In this document: positions 21,777 to 36,092 of the stretch, piece after piece | Numbering within the stretch: position 1 is the stretch's first letter | How the letters are laid out: every line of letters begins with the position of its first letter | DNA from: Podarcis vaucheri | Lineage: Eukaryota | Length of the DNA: 64,000 bases | Assembly: GCA_965113315.1 (NCBI GenBank) | Contig: OZ220364.1 | Strand: one strand, 5' to 3' | The notes under the pieces: generated by a model | Database searches by the model: none | What the model was told of the DNA's origin: nothing | The model's input: the letters and a program-made list of their open reading frames with translations, nothing else | Translations under genes and position numbers: made by a program

Positions 21777-24700
21777 GCAGAAGGGTGAGAGAAGACGGTT
21801 TGCATGATCCTTCCAGGTCTGTGAAACCAGAAGACAGGCGTACAATAAGGAGGCTTCAGAGAAGAGAAAAGTGAACTGCTTTATTCTCTGCTGCTGAGAG
21901 TTAATGACTGGAGCCAGAGATTGGGCCAGCATGTGCAGTTGCTGCTTTCCTTTTTATTTAATTTTATACTTTTAAGATTTTTAGTGTTTTGGGGTTTTGT
22001 CTATTTTTTTGCAGTGGGTGCTTCATTCCTTCTACAGTTTATCAGACAGCAGGAAGTGATATTAGCTATAGACACTTGCAGAAACTGAATAGCATTAGGA
22101 TTTTGAGGGAGGGGGGATGTGGCATGGAATTTTTACAAGCTTTCCTTCCAGTTTTGAGATGCGCACAAGTTTTGAAGCAGTTGCACTAGGAATGTGTTTA
22201 TTTGCTGTAGTAAGTGAATGCTAATTTTGAATTCAGGGATTCCGCGAAGCCAGAAGGTGCAGAGTTTTAAAGGCACTGAAGAAACGAGATCTTCCAGGCT
22301 TGAGGCATATAAACTTATTTTGCAATGGTCTCCTTGCATTGCCTCAGGTGTGCTGAAGCAATCTAACCAGTGCTGACTGGCTGCCATTTCTATTTTAAGG
22401 CATCATTTCACACAAACTCTTCTTGGCTTGGCATAGACTTTTTGATTTCCTGCTTTTTCCATTGTTATTCATCTGTATTTATTTATTTACAGTATGAGGG
22501 AAACGCCTAACCATGGGACTTATAGCCCAGTCTTGGCCTCCCGGTGCCTCTGGTTTTTGGCACTAGCATTTTAATTCTAGTCCAGGAAGTAGAAGAGTAG
22601 TATCTTATGCCAGAGTAACTAAGAAACTAAGCTAGAATAAAAGGAAGGCTTGAGCACACGCCTGACAGTTGCTTTAAGGCTGACGATCTTGCATAGGCCA
22701 AACTACTATCTGTTGTTGTACCATCCTCCCCACCCCAAAAAAGAAAGCCTCTCCTTGTTGCATTCTTATTGGACAAGATCACTTCCAGTTACTTGTTCCA
22801 GTGTCATAGAAATACAGTGGCATTCAGAAAATTTCCACTAAGTAAAAATTGTAGAAGCGGGGGGGGGGGGATATTTTTATCCTTTTTAATAAAAAGTTTC
22901 TGAAATGTTTACAAAGGAGATGACTAAGGGTGTGCTATGGTGTGTAAAATCATGATTGACTGTTAGGGATCCTAAGTAATGGGGCGTTGCTTATATTTAT
23001 ATTCAAGAACCAGTGCAGCCAATTAACATGCCATAGTTGAACATTTTAACCAAAGGAACTGTGGGACAAGCTGCCATGAACTATATGAGTTAGAAATGTA
23101 GCTAAGTTTGGGAAAGGTGCTGGAAAATATGGGATGAAAAGGAGTATTAACACATATTAAGCAATATGGCAAGGATTTGCAGATTGAAATGAATAATGCA
23201 AGATAACAATACTTGAAAGTTGTTAGGGTTTTAGTCAGCATTTTTTATCCATGTCATCCCAACACCTTAATAATGGCAAAGTTATATTTAATCAAGATCC
23301 AGTTTTGCTGCCCTTCCCACTGGTGGCTTAAAAAAATATGAATCTGTTTATTTTTACAATTTTTGTAGTGATACCCAGAAGCACATTATGAAATTTTGTA
23401 ATAAATGAGAAATCAGCACAGAAAATGTAAAGGATTGACTCAATTTCCAAAACAGCCAATGACAGAAACATACAGAAGCTCAAAGTTCTGGTTTCACTCT
23501 TCAATCAGTCACTATGTATATTATAAAGAAACAACAACAACAAAAATACCGTATGTACCTTGTATGACTGAAATTGCTTTTTTCTTAGGTAAGCTGCTAA
23601 TGTATTTCCCCCCAAGCTCTGTCCAATGTAAACACACAGTAGTTCCGTCCTTATATTTTAACGAAACACCATGGCATTAAAAACTTGCCTAGTTTTATTT
23701 TTGAGTTTGCACTAGATAAAAAATACATTTGTATTGCCTCTTTCCTTTGATCCACAACCATCATTTCCCTCTCTTAAGTCAAAGTGGCTTTGCGGTGCCA
23801 TCAGAAAGAAATATCTCCTGTCAGGCACAATTTAAATGCAGGTCCTATACTTCCAGTTAAGATTAAAATGTCAAACATAAATGTTACCCACTTAGAGCTC
23901 CAGAAAGTTTTTTTTTTAAAGACGTAACATCTTTTTTGGGGACTAGCAGTACAAGCCTAAGGACTTTGTCCTATAGTAGGTTGCTTAGAGGATTGCAACC
24001 CACAGTATAGCTAGGGTGTTTGCTGTTGATACCTGAAAGCAGGTGGTTGTTGTTGTTTTTACAAGTAAGGTAATGAGTTGGCAGGTGTAAGCAAATATCA
24101 GCTACCTTCATAACATTCAACCTTCAGATTCCATGAGGGAAGCAAATTTAGATGTAGTAACTAAAGCTTTCCAATTTCTACATAATGTTTGGTGTGCTTT
24201 GGTGGCTTTCTAAAAGGAAGTTCTCTATGTGTGTACATGGATGCAATTTTAAAATGAGTTTCCACTGTATTGCAGTTGGCAAGAACTTAGCATCCGATAA
24301 ATCAGGATGGATTTCTAGTTGCTGAATTGGGTGTCCTATGCTGCATTACTAAAATTACTTACTAGGTATTCAGGCCACCATCACAAGCCCCGTTGAGGGG
24401 GGGCGGGGATATGTGCTGACATGGCTTTGAAAGCCAACCTATAAAAAGGCAACATAATAATTTAGTTGGACACAGACAGCAGAATAGAAACATAGTATAG
24501 TATATCTTTGGACAACAAAGTAGCACATACAATCATGGTACTTTGGAATAGGTATAAACTGCTCCAAAAAAATGGTTTTCTTGTCCTTTGCCTGAAGTAG
24601 AAGGAAGGTTTAAAGACATGGGTGGTTGAAAAATAGGAAGAGGCAATTCCTGTTTGTAGTAGGAAATATAATTGGATTTTGTTGCCATAGCAAAGGTATA

Positions 24701-25280
24701 GGGATTCTTTCCCTCACAAACATCCCCACACTCATTTTTTCCCCCTTTACGCAGAAAAAGGGGACTAAATCATATCTTTCCTAAGGAAGAACGAGTGAGC
24801 AGGAAATTTAGGGAGGTGATATCATGTTGCTTAATTTGTTTCCCCATCATGTTTCATGTAAATATCCCACGAATGCTGTGTATTTGTACAGGAAATTGAG
24901 CAAAAAATGTATAGATTGTGATGTCTGACTGGTACTCTGCCCTGTAAATGTATTTTTAGCCTATGGCAATCTGTTGTTGTTTAAAACAACGGCAACCACA
25001 ACCCCCCCAACCAGTTCTCTTTTTGTGTATTCATGTTCGGAAAACCTATCATAACTGTAAGGAAAAGCAAACCTTAAAATGAAAACAAAATATTTGTACC
25101 AGAGTCCTAAAGATATTTCATTGTATATATTGTGATAGCATGTTTCTGGAACCAACAAATAAGTGATGTGAATTTTAGGTGTAAATATCTGCTGTTTTGT
25201 TTTGGATTTTTTCCCCTTCCCTTCCCCATTCACTCAACTGCTGTGATGTTGAATTAAAAATTAATACTTGATATTGAAAA
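21777..25280 (+). other. DOCK3: Probable long DOCK3 3' UTR with several candidate polyadenylation signals
   Basis: AATAAA at 22636, 22888 and 23400; ATTAAA at 25253-25258; no recognisable transposon in this span; distal end is inferred. Confidence 0.55.
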
Positions 25281-26402
25281 GCATTGAGCAGATGCTCCAA
25301 GGTACCCATGAGATATTTATTCAGATGCCACAATGTATCTTACATATAAAAGCTGGTGCTCAGTAAACTCTCATGATGTTGATCTCCTACAGATTTCCTG
25401 TTCAGGTGCTGTCAATTGAAATTACACACCTATAAGTTTAGGGGTGGGAAACTATGGAAAAATCAGGAAAATGGGAAGAATGCTGCAATCTACTTCACAG
25501 GGAAAGTGATATGATCATCTGTTATTAACTAACCGTGTTTTACTCAGCAGTATTATCCCTTACTGAAAATACTTTCCCCAAGATTTGTGGGTACCATTTT
25601 CATTATTATTATTTTTAAAAAGCATTGTAACCAGCAAATCCCTAGATAATGAAACCTTGCTGCTAGAAGAAAAGGGGATACTTGCTTCTCGCTAGAAAAG
25701 GTTTTCATCTTGCTTTATGGGACCCAAAGAGGTAGAATAATCTCACACCTAGTCAACTGAAGGCCCTGCAGAATACTCATGGATTCTCTGACTGGCTTTC
25801 TCTAATGTTTTAGCACTCTGTGACAGCCAATTACCACCGTGTGTCTAAGTTCATTGAAATAGCTTGGCCATGCCTCCCCCTTTTGTTGCCAGTCACAAAC
25901 CGCATTGGTTTTGCCCTTAGACTCCTCTTCTATCAAAACAGAAACATGCCCTACATCTGAGCAGTAACCACACCAGGAAGCAGCTTCTGGAGCTGGATTT
26001 AGAGTGCTGGCAGCAATTTTCCTACTCACGGAAAAACAGTGTGAGGACCAGAATAGGGAATGCCCCATCACACTCACAGCTAATTATAAAATACATAACA
26101 AGAATTATTGCAGATAATTTCAGAAGCAGAAAACCATGTGCAACACATGGAAAACAGGCATGCCTAATACCTTTTGAGTCAGACTGAATGGATGAAAGAT
26201 AGGAAGGGAACAAAAACAGCAGCTCAACCCATCACTTAGCAAAAATGATGGCATAATATGGGGGCAGCTTTGGATTTCTTCTTGGGCTCAGGTCTTTTTG
26301 TATAGTGATGAGTGTAGTGAGGGTACAATGTTGAATGTAGGAGACCCCGCTGCACATCTGCTAACGGGGTGGTCTTAGGGAAGTTGAACACTCTCTACCT
26401 AC

Positions 26403-26570
26403 GAATCTAAGACCCTGCTGGGTCAGGGAAAAGACCCATCTAGTCCAACATCCTGTCCCCACAGTAGCCAACCACATGCCCATGGGAAGCCCACAAGTTG
26501 GACCTGAGTGCAGCAGCGCTCTCTCCACTTTTAATTCCCAGCAATTGGTATTCAGAAGCAGACCATCTCC
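26403..26570 (-). mobile_element. CR1-type LINE 3' UTR fragment
   Basis: cccatctagtccaacatcctgt..cacagtagccaacca..tgcccatgggaagcccacaag pattern. Confidence 0.5.
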
Positions 26571-27835
26571 ACCAAAACCTATTCAGGGGGATTGTGAGGT
26601 CCTTTCCAGATACAGATAGATGCGCACACCATCAAACATAGTTCCTCTACTCAGCACATTTCCCAGCACTCAGAACAATGATTATTTTGTTGCTGAGATA
26701 TTGTCTCTTCCCCCTACCTCCACCTGATATAATAGTGAGTGCTATGTAGAATGTGGTTCTGCAAGTATAAGTACCTATTGCAGTGTCTGTGGCATCACTG
26801 GCAACAAGCAACACAGCTCCTTTGTATGCCATTTTGTAACCTTTAATTTTGTTCCCCAATCTTGTCTTGAGGCTGAGCATTCTCCCATTCAAACATGTAT
26901 GCACTCTTTAAGCCCTTTAACAGCAACTTAAAATACTTGCTTAATTTTTTTTCCTTTTTTTATGTCAACATACTGATTCTGAGTATATTGTTGTATTAAT
27001 ATATTACTACTGATGTGAATATTGTCTATTTTAATGCTGTTGAATGTATAGTTTATTTGATCATATATAATTGTAATTCTGTTAAAATATGAACAATTAA
27101 TAAAAAGATAAAATATAACGAAAGGGCCAAACATGAGCAGGGATCCACCTCCCATCATCTCCCCACCACACACAGTATTACCATGTCATTTCACAACCAT
27201 TTTTCATTCTGTTCAATTGCTCTTCTTCCCAAGGAGTTCTTGGAGGCTGTGTGCTCTTCCACTCCAGTGCAGGACGCACTCTTCCCATTAAAGAAATAGT
27301 ACTTTGGCCACCCCATATATGTTGTTTCTTTCATAACGAAATCTGGGGTGAGGGTTGTTTTCTAACAAGGCCCAAATACTATTTAGAATACTTACCATAA
27401 AGATAACTTAGTACAGTTAACAGAAATAATTGGATCCATCAGTCAGTTTCTCTATGTAGGGGGGGGGTAGCAGGGAGGGAGGGTTACATGCACAGATCAG
27501 CCGCAGTATAGACCTTTGATTGCTTCCTGTGTGCAAAAAGGATAAATCTAAATATCTACCATCTGTGCATATAGGCACCCAGACCAACTAAGACAGGATG
27601 TGCACCATTAAGTGCATTTCCCATTAACCTGCACTGTATGAAGATGCATATTCTCTGGGCATTACAAGTTATACATACTGTACCTTGTTTGCCTGACTAC
27701 ATCTTCAAAGCGATGGAGTTTGAACCATGTAAACATAACCTCTATAGTATCTGCCTTGATCTATGTGATATTTCAACCTGAGCTCACTGATGGGTGATTA
27801 GACTGGGAGGCAAGCCTCAAGTTTGAAAGCTACTA

Positions 27836-28165
27836 CAGTGGTGCCCCGCAAGACGAATGCCTCGCAAGACGGAAAACTCGCTAGACGAAAGAGTTTTCCG
27901 TTTTGGAGGTGCTTCGCAAAACGAATTTCCTATGGGCTTGCTTCGCAAGACGACAATGTCTTGTGAGTTCCTGCTGGGTTTTTTCCTCCCCCCCCCCCCT
28001 TTTTCTAAGCCACTAAGCCGCTTATCAGCTGATCCGATCAGCAGATAAGCCGCTAAAAGCCGCTAATAGCGCTAATCCGTCAATGGGCTTGCTTCGCAAG
28101 ACGAAAAAACCGCTAGATGAAGAGAATCACAGAACGGATTCTTTTCGTCTTGCGAGGCACCACTG
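27836..28165. mobile_element. Tc1/mariner MITE, same family as 15093, opposite orientation
   Basis: TA|CAGTGGTGCCCCGCAAGACG...CGTCTTGCGAGGCACCACTG|TA; close reverse-complement match to 15093-15435. Confidence 0.9.
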
Positions 28166-30049
28166 TATTCTAGTCTGTCAGAGCACTGTCCCACAGAATG
28201 AAGGTAAGCTTTTTATCCACTAGATAAACTACTGACCATCCAGATATCATTGGACTATAACTCCTATCAGTCCTTAGCCTTGCCTTTTTCTTTTTGTGCT
28301 TGTGTGGGAGTTGGGAGTCTCAGCAACTTTTGGAGCATCACAGGTTAGCCTTAAAGGCAGGGGAAGTATGTCCTTTAGCAAAAATAAAACGAGGCAGTGC
28401 TTAGCTAAGTTAAGAAAATGAATGCAAGGTAAGTGGTCCATTCTTAACATAAAAAGGATTTGGCTGAGATATTTAGGTTAGAACTGCAGTCTTGGGAGCC
28501 AACTCATTTAGCAACAAGGAAGTGAGACAATTGCCTGCTATTGAATTGCCCATATAAATAGTACAAATTGTTAAGATTCAGTGGAATTGTGTCTTTCAAA
28601 TGTGACCTTCAGTCACTCAACTTCTATCTAGTACCTTGCAACATCTCCAGGATCTCATCTTAACTTCAGCATTTCTATGGACCATATCAAGCAGAAATCT
28701 ATTGGGCATAAGAATGGCTAGAATGTGGAGGACTTTATAGGGTTGAAATAAAAGGATGAGGTAGGCATGGTTAAAGACGTAGAAGAACCAGAAGCTGCCT
28801 CCGAAGCCAAGTACTGTTTTTGGTGGATGCTGTCCGAAGCAACTCTTGGCTATGGGGGAAACATGCAGTGAGTGATAGAGGGTGTCTCCCCCCACTTCTC
28901 ATTCTGCTTTTCCTTCTTTGTGGGGAAAGAGAGAGGCATCTCTACATTTTCATTCTGTTGCATAGAGAAGAGACTTTCGTCAGCACATGTGAATGACTTG
29001 AGTGTGTCTATATACATATGGATATATATTTTTTCCCCAAAATGTATCTAGTAAAATAATGTTTAAATATGGGTTGCAGAAATTAGATACTCTGTAATTA
29101 ATCTAAGATGTAATGGATTTTACAGTTTAAGGAACCAATTGTTGGTTTTAAATAAGTTCTGTGCTAAAAATAAATAAATACTCTGATTATGGTTGGCGTG
29201 CATTTTCATCACTCTTAACAAAGATATGCCTATAGATGATCAGCTGATAGGCTGTTTAATATTCAGCATCTTCATCACATACCAGAACTCTGTGCCAGGA
29301 GAGGCTTAACTCTCATGACATGACCCAACTTAGCAATAACCACTCCAGGCAAGGAAAAACAAGGCAATTCTCCTCAAGTACACAAGACGGAGCTGCATTC
29401 TATTCCTATTTTTGCTTCAGCTTCTACATTAAAGTTGGGCTGTGCCAGTTCCTCCAGGGTGAGCAAAAAGTTGGTTTCAGCAGCTGGTGAGAAAAAAAGG
29501 AAACCTACACATAGCAAATATGGGAAATAGTGCTAATTATTCATGTGTATACATACCGATGCAAAAGCAAACTTTATGTTTATTCCATAATCTCATTTTG
29601 CTGCAATTACCTGTCAGCATAGTGATGCATTCTACTTTCATGGGCATTAAGTGTAGCACAAATAAATACTGTGGGGAGAGGATAATGCTGGTGACTTTCC
29701 TTTGAGAATTCTGAATCATAATCCAGCTAAAAGGAATGAAGGTATGTTGCAAAGAAATACCTATGTAATGTAAAATGTGTGTTCACACTTTACATAAAAG
29801 GTCCCACACTGCACTAAGGATTTTTATGCCTCCACCATGTGAGGCTTATAATTTGTATATTAAAACATTTCCCTTTCTAGCGTTTGGCTCCAATCTCCCG
29901 CTCCAAATGAGTGTCTCTCAAATACGCTTGTAAATTGTCTTTGGCAAGCAAATATGCATTCCTAGGTGCCCCTGAAAATGGCTGGTCTGCAGGACCTGCA
30001 TCTTCCAGATTAGTGGGAGTGCCCTCTTGCCCAACACACACATATTCTA

Positions 30050-31270
30050 GACGTGGCACAGCTGCCACGCACGTGGGGCATCTCCCGTTTCAGACCAATG
30101 TTTATTGCTGCTGTTGCTACAGCCGCTACTACAAATTTCTTCTCCTCGCTATGGCAGGCCGATTTTGAAACCCTGAGCTCACGATTTGGATGACCCTTGT
30201 GCATCCTTTGGATTAATGGCAGCCCACTTAAAGCAGGCCTTATATTTTACCCGCGAGGCCCGGAGCTGCCACTGGTCTCCCGCAGATGGGCTCCGGTCCC
30301 ACTTGCGCTCCTATTGCTGCAATGCCACCTTCTCCTAACCAAGAGGCTGCTCGTTCGTAAAGAGGAAGAACTGGCTCCTAACAAACGCCAGCTTCCGGCT
30401 CGGGGATGGGCCCTTCCTTCCACACGTGCACTTGCCCCTCTGCGCTTCAAGGGCCGTGGGAAGCACAGCCCGAGGCGGGCCGGCAGTGGTGACGGCGCGA
30501 AATCGTGCCCGAAACAAATATGGCGATCTCCTTACACCTTTGCCGTGAACTGCTAGGGCTCCGCCGCTGGGCACGCTTGGCGCTCAAAGTGCGCGACGAC
30601 TGCCTGTTTTCATTCGGAGGCGGCTTGTCCAATCGGCGGCCGCCAACTCTACTGTCCCGAAAGCCCGCCTGGCCAACCGGGAAAGGGAGCGTGGAGACTT
30701 GCAACGGAGCGCTCCAATGGCAGCCTCGTACGTAGCAGGAAGAGGGGCAGGGCAGCCAATCGGGTTGCGAGTGGGCGGCGAGCGTGTCGTCAAGGTGCCG
30801 GCTGTGGAGGGGCTTTTTTTCAGTACGAGCCGAGCGAGCGGCCGAGGCGGGCGGTAAGAGGGAGGATGCGGGCAGCCAACGGGCTCTGGGCGGCGCTGGC
30901 CTTGATCCTGCTCCCTGGGGAGAGCCACGCTCTGCGGGAGGGAGACTGCGAAGGTGAGTCGCCGTTCCCGCGCGGATGGCCTGGGCAGCGGAGGGCGGAA
31001 GGGGCCCCCGGGGCTTCGCGGAGGGAGGGAAGGAGGGAGCGCGTTGCTGGGGTGGCCAGGTGGCAACGGCGCCTCCCCTTCACGAACACGGCCTCCCCTT
31101 GGCTTGGAAACCGGAGGCGAGTCTTGCCTCAGCCGCTGCTTCCACGCTTCTTTCCCCGGCCCGGTGCCGCTTTCCTCTCAATGGGAGGGACGCTGGACCC
31201 CCCACATCGCAAGGCTGCCATGGGGAAGGAGATGCCCTTGTAGCTGCCAGCCAACGAGTCGGTTTGAACC
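30050..31270. promoter_or_regulatory. MANF: CpG island and promoter of MANF with three CCAAT boxes
   Basis: High CpG density around exon 1; CCAAT at 30629, 30714 and 30756; ACGTGG, CCACG and CACGTG cores at about 30051-30076. Confidence 0.8.
30866..30953 (+). CDS. MANF: MANF exon 1: signal peptide and mature N-terminus (MRAANGLWAALALILLPGESHA-LREGDCE)
   Basis: ATG at 30866, hydrophobic signal, LRxGDCEVC motif across the junction, AAG|gtgagt donor; 88 nt. Confidence 0.95.
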
Positions 31271-32997
31271 AAGAAGGCGAGCATCAGTCAGGGGCTTTGG
31301 AGAAGAAGGGGGGAGGGGGTTCAAGTGTCCTGCTTGCTCTGTCGCTGTGAAGCCCATTGAGAAGATGCAGCTGCCAAAGGGGTTTCCCCAGAAGCTGCTT
31401 ATATAAGGAGTAGGGATAGACCCACATGTCTTGTAGCTTTGAGGTCACCATTACTGCAGTGGGGACTCATGGTAGTTGTCAGGGTCCTGCTTCCATAATG
31501 AAGAAGTGGGGTTGATCCCTTGTTGCTGCCGCTAGCAAAGGAAGGACGGTTAAAATGATTGTGCCAGGTTTTGGGCTGTATGCTCCTGCCCCTGAGTTGG
31601 GAGCTTCCAGGGAAGCCCCCCTCAGCTTCCTGCTGCTGGGAACTATACACTTGACGCTGGTGTGTGGGTGGGGGGCCTTTTCTGCTGTGGCACCCTAGCT
31701 CAGGAATGTCTTTCCTTCTGAAATTCCTTTGCTCCCACAGACTACTGGCACGCAGGCACTAGGTGGAAATCAGACTGGCTTTTCAGACTCTGGGGCATCA
31801 GTGCTTTTTATGTTTGATATTAATGTGTTCCCTTTTCCCCCTTTGCATATGCGTTTTAAGCAGGCTATGCTTTAATGTGACCTGCCCAGAAGTCCTAGGA
31901 TGTGGGTTATAAGTTGCCTAAACAATCTCTTACCTCATTCCTTTCTGCAGTCGTGACCTTCAGATTGATACTAAGTAGGATACGCTGTGAATTATATCTA
32001 CAGTGTTATATAGTCTCTATAATTGTAATGGCATGTATGGGTCCTCCCTTGTATGACTTAGTAAATGGTTACACCCACAGGCTGAAGGTTTCCTCTACGG
32101 TACTTATGTTCCTGGTTACACACTAATGCAGAAGACTGTTCCAGGATTTCTAATTGTTCAACCCTTAACTGAATGAGCAGCAGATTGAGGAGCTGCTTTT
32201 ATTTATGTATATTTGTTTCATGACTTGACTGAAGCCAAAGTTTGTTTCTAGAACCAGTTTTCAATACAAAGTTTCATCCTTGGAACACAAGGAATAATAG
32301 TGTTTTTAATCATGTGCAGAGTGCTGCTAATTCATGGTTGATAACACACAACCATTCTGCGTTGTATTATTTTCCCTAGAATTTCTGCATTTCAGAAACC
32401 AAGCACATCTCAGCTATAGTCTCCTGATCTTAACAGAGAGAATATGGCTCAGCCAAGGCAAAAACATCTTATAAGGCAGAGGTGATGCCCCAGTCCAGGT
32501 GGCTGACACCGTCCGCCTCCCCGCCCCTCAAATTCTCCATTAATTTTGGCAGTGGCAGCAAAAAAAGGTATCACATTAGGGTGGCTAGATCTAGCATCCC
32601 ACTGAGAATGCAAATTGCTCCTACCCCTGTCATGGATTAAATATTTGATAAGCAGAGAAGAAGTGATGGCACTCCTCCCCCTCAGCTGGTCTTCATGAAT
32701 CAGCTGGGGAGACAGGCTGTGTGCAAAACTGTGGCCACATCCAACACTGCCCAAAGATTAATGTGAAAAAGAGTAGCTACCCCAGTTGTAGCTAAGAACG
32801 GATTTGGACTGCCATGTTGTATGACTACCCTTGATAAGGTAGTCTGCTTTCTTAAATATGCCCAGTAGTTCATCTTCTACACTAGTGTGTTGGCTTTCGA
32901 TCTGCTATGCTTCGTTCATTTTGTGTAAGTTAAAAAGAAGAGAGGAGAATTTCAAGGAAGAAGTTCATTTCAGCATTATTTCTCCTTCACTTTACAG

Positions 32998-33125
32998 TGT
33001 GTGTTTCATTCTTGGGAAGATTCTACCAGAGCCTAAAGGAGAAGAATGTTGAGTTCACACCAAACAGTATTGAAAAAGAACTTTTAAAATCCTGTAAAGA
33101 AGCAAAAGGCAAAGAGAACCGTCTG
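32998..33125 (+). CDS. MANF: MANF exon 2, saposin-like domain ([43 protein letters not shown])
   Basis: tttacag acceptor, CTG|gtaagt donor; 128 nt, phase 1 to 0. Confidence 0.96.
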
Positions 33126-34129
33126 GTAAGTATTTGTCACTGGGTTATGTATTTAAAACATTTTTACCTCATTCTTCAGCTGAAAAGGCAGTTTGTGCAG
33201 CTACTTAAAATGAGAGTCCCTCTGCACAGGCTTAGTTTTTTTTAAAAAATGCCATGTGACAGTTGAAGGAGGGAATGTTCATTGGAGCTGGTCAAGTTCT
33301 GGTCGTAATTGGAATAAAAAACATAACTTAAGACAAAGAGGAAATAGTGAATGCACCTGTCTGTTTGTATCTATTTCCAACAATTTATAAATGGGTTCAC
33401 ACTGTAGTTTCTAAGCTGCCTACAATAATGATACAGAAGAGATACAATCAGTTCAAATTAGGCATAAAAAACTTGCTTAATGTGCTGGCTGAAATAAAAA
33501 GGGCTTCACTAAGCACTGAAGGTTTAGTGGGGAAGAGGCCTATCTGACCTCAGCCAGGAGGTTGTTCCATAGAGTTGGGCCCACAATACTAAATGCACAG
33601 CTTCTTATAAGACACCTGTATTGCGCTGACAAAGTATTGCACTCAAGCAAGCACCACTGAGATTCTTATAAGAAATTCTTATTTAATAAATTTAGAAAAG
33701 TGTTGCAGTCATCCAACTTAGATGTAAGTGGGGCATATGTAACAAGGTGTAGACCTGTTTTTTGTTTTGTTTTAAAGAGTGCAGCTGCCACACAAGCCTG
33801 TGCAGAAGTCCTTCTCTAACAGTAGTCACCACCTGGGCAACTGAGAGCAATGCTCTTTCCAAGAGGCCTCCCAAACATGGACCTGGTTTTTCCAAGAGCT
33901 GATAGCCCTGGGGAAAATACATTCTATGCCTAGTCTCTGAAAACATTTTTATTTAACCAACAGCTCTTTTGTCTTGTCAATTTTAATTTTAAACGTCAAC
34001 CTTGGTGTGTATGCCAATATCCAGACCAAGGTGAGCACTGTGTTAGCGTAAGCACTTCTGCTTGCCTGATGGCACAATCTCCCCTCTTCCTCCATTGAAC
34101 CCCAATGTGCTGTTCTGGGGATTCTCCCA

Positions 34130-34131
<2 letters not shown>

Positions 34132-34160
<29 letters not shown>
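34132..34160. repeat. (AC)n microsatellite, about 14 units
   Basis: Direct inspection. Confidence 0.95.
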
Positions 34161-35741
34161 GCCAATTGGAAGGAAAGGCTGGGGAAGACCTGTTGCACTA
34201 GCAAAAGTCTGTGTGGGTTTCCAGTAGCAGGACTGGTTAGTTTGAATCTGGCCCCTTCACTGGATTCATACATTCTTTGCTCATTTCAAATGTCAAGTCA
34301 GGACCTAACTGATTTCCCTTCAAGGTCCACTTGAATGGTGAGTCAGTAGCTCATTAAATCAACCCACAACAAAGTAGAAAGTGGGTTGCACTGGAAACGA
34401 ACATACACATGAGGCAAAGCCAGGACTCTGCAATTAACTGCAAGTTGTCTCAAACCATGGAGTGTAATATGTCCGATGTCCGCTTGATGTCTTTGTTATA
34501 AGCGAGTAGTGGGGCTTGATACTGCTTGGGACTAGGTACAACTCAAGACAGTGTGAGGTACATCCTCCCCTTGCTATTGACAGACAGATAAATGTGGTTG
34601 TGCTTTTTCTCCAGTTACCACCAAGCTGCAATGAGGGGAGGAAGAATATAGGAAGCTGCCTTATACCAAGTCAAATGATTGATCTATCTAGCTCAGCAGC
34701 AGTAGGGAACGTCTACCCTGTAAGCCTAATTAGGCCTAACAGGGGCCCTAATTTGGCCCCTGATGTCCCCCCCCCCAAACCATGGCCACTTGCCTCACAT
34801 ATGATATCATATGTGTCATTATCTGGGGGGCATGTAAAGATAGTAGCTGCAAAAGAATATTTGGAAGGTTAAAGTACATCTGATTGATCCTTGTTGACCA
34901 CTGTCGTGGGGGACTGGCTGCACTAGGAAGTTCCCAACAGAAGTTCCCTAATGCAGTCTCCTTTAAAAAAGAGCTCTTGGCACTATTAGCCAATCGGTGC
35001 TGACAGCCATAAAAGGGACTCAGCAAACCCCTTTGCTGGCATCAGGTAATTGACTGGTGGGTGGCCCAGCTGTCGAAGTTGACCTTTGGAGAGAAAGGGA
35101 CCCAACCACTAGGCATCTCCACTCCCAAGTCTATGTTGACTGGTAGTGGCAGTTCAGGGATTCACACAAGGAGCATTTCTAGCCCTACCTGGAGACACCA
35201 AAGATTGAAACTGAGATCATCTGTGTACAGAGCAGATGATCACCCTCCCCGTAAGCAGGGGTGGGGAACCATTTGGCCCTGGTGGGCCAGATCTTTATCT
35301 CCCCCAGCCCAGCCCCATGGGCCAATTTTTATAGGTGGGCAGGACCATCCACCTGCGAATCATGCAGCATCGTTATCATGTTGGGTGATTGGAACCTGTC
35401 AAAGTTCACCTGCAAATGTAGGGGGAAATAGTTAAAAGGGCTTGGTCAGTCCCATGCTCAGTGATTCTAAAGTGGCAGACAATGAATTGGGATGGCAGAA
35501 GCAGAGATGGGCTGGTTAGAATGGTTCTGTGTTTCTCTTGGGGTTCTGAGGCCAAATAAACTTCTTGTGTGAATTGTAAGGACAGGAGACCTAGTTGTGT
35601 CTATGATGCCTGCTCTCACAAATATATCCTTTTTAGATTAAAAAATAGTCTGGAAAAGCCAGGTGACCCATAATCAAATAAGTCATATTGATCCATTAAG
35701 ATATTGTACCGCCTCTAAGGCAAAGTTAAATCTCTCCAAGT

Positions 35742-35878
35742 CAAGATTGGGGAGCCTGTGGACCTCCAGACATTGTTGGACTACAACTCCCATTGGCACA
35801 AACCACTATGACAATTGGTCACAAATGATGGAAGTTGGAGTCCAGCAACATTTGTAGGACCACATGTTGCCATTCCAG
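35742..35878. mobile_element. Short hairpin MITE of the abundant lizard ggactacaactccc family; older copies near 28235, 36470, 44205, 45440, 46390 and 58035
   Basis: Imperfect inverted structure ctccaga..tgttggactacaactccc ... ggaagttggagtccagcaaca recurring in the window. Confidence 0.6.
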
Positions 35879-36092
35879 ATCTAGGTGGTAGAACGGCTCT
35901 GAATGGTGTGATTGATCTTGCATATTTCCTGTAAAGAAAAAGCAGCAACTCCTTGGAGCACTAAAAATTCCTAATTAAGCTAACAGCCAGCACTTTCCTG
36001 TGTGAGACAAATTCTTCTGAAAAGGTTAAACCAAGAAGAAATTATCTTAAAATCATTGCCTGACCTCTTATTTTCTATTCATTCCCTTCTAG

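Noticed and set aside
30197-31406. Multiple 100-160 aa ORFs around MANF exon 1
   Set aside because: CpG-island artefacts; only 30866-30953 resembles MANF and it ends at a canonical donor
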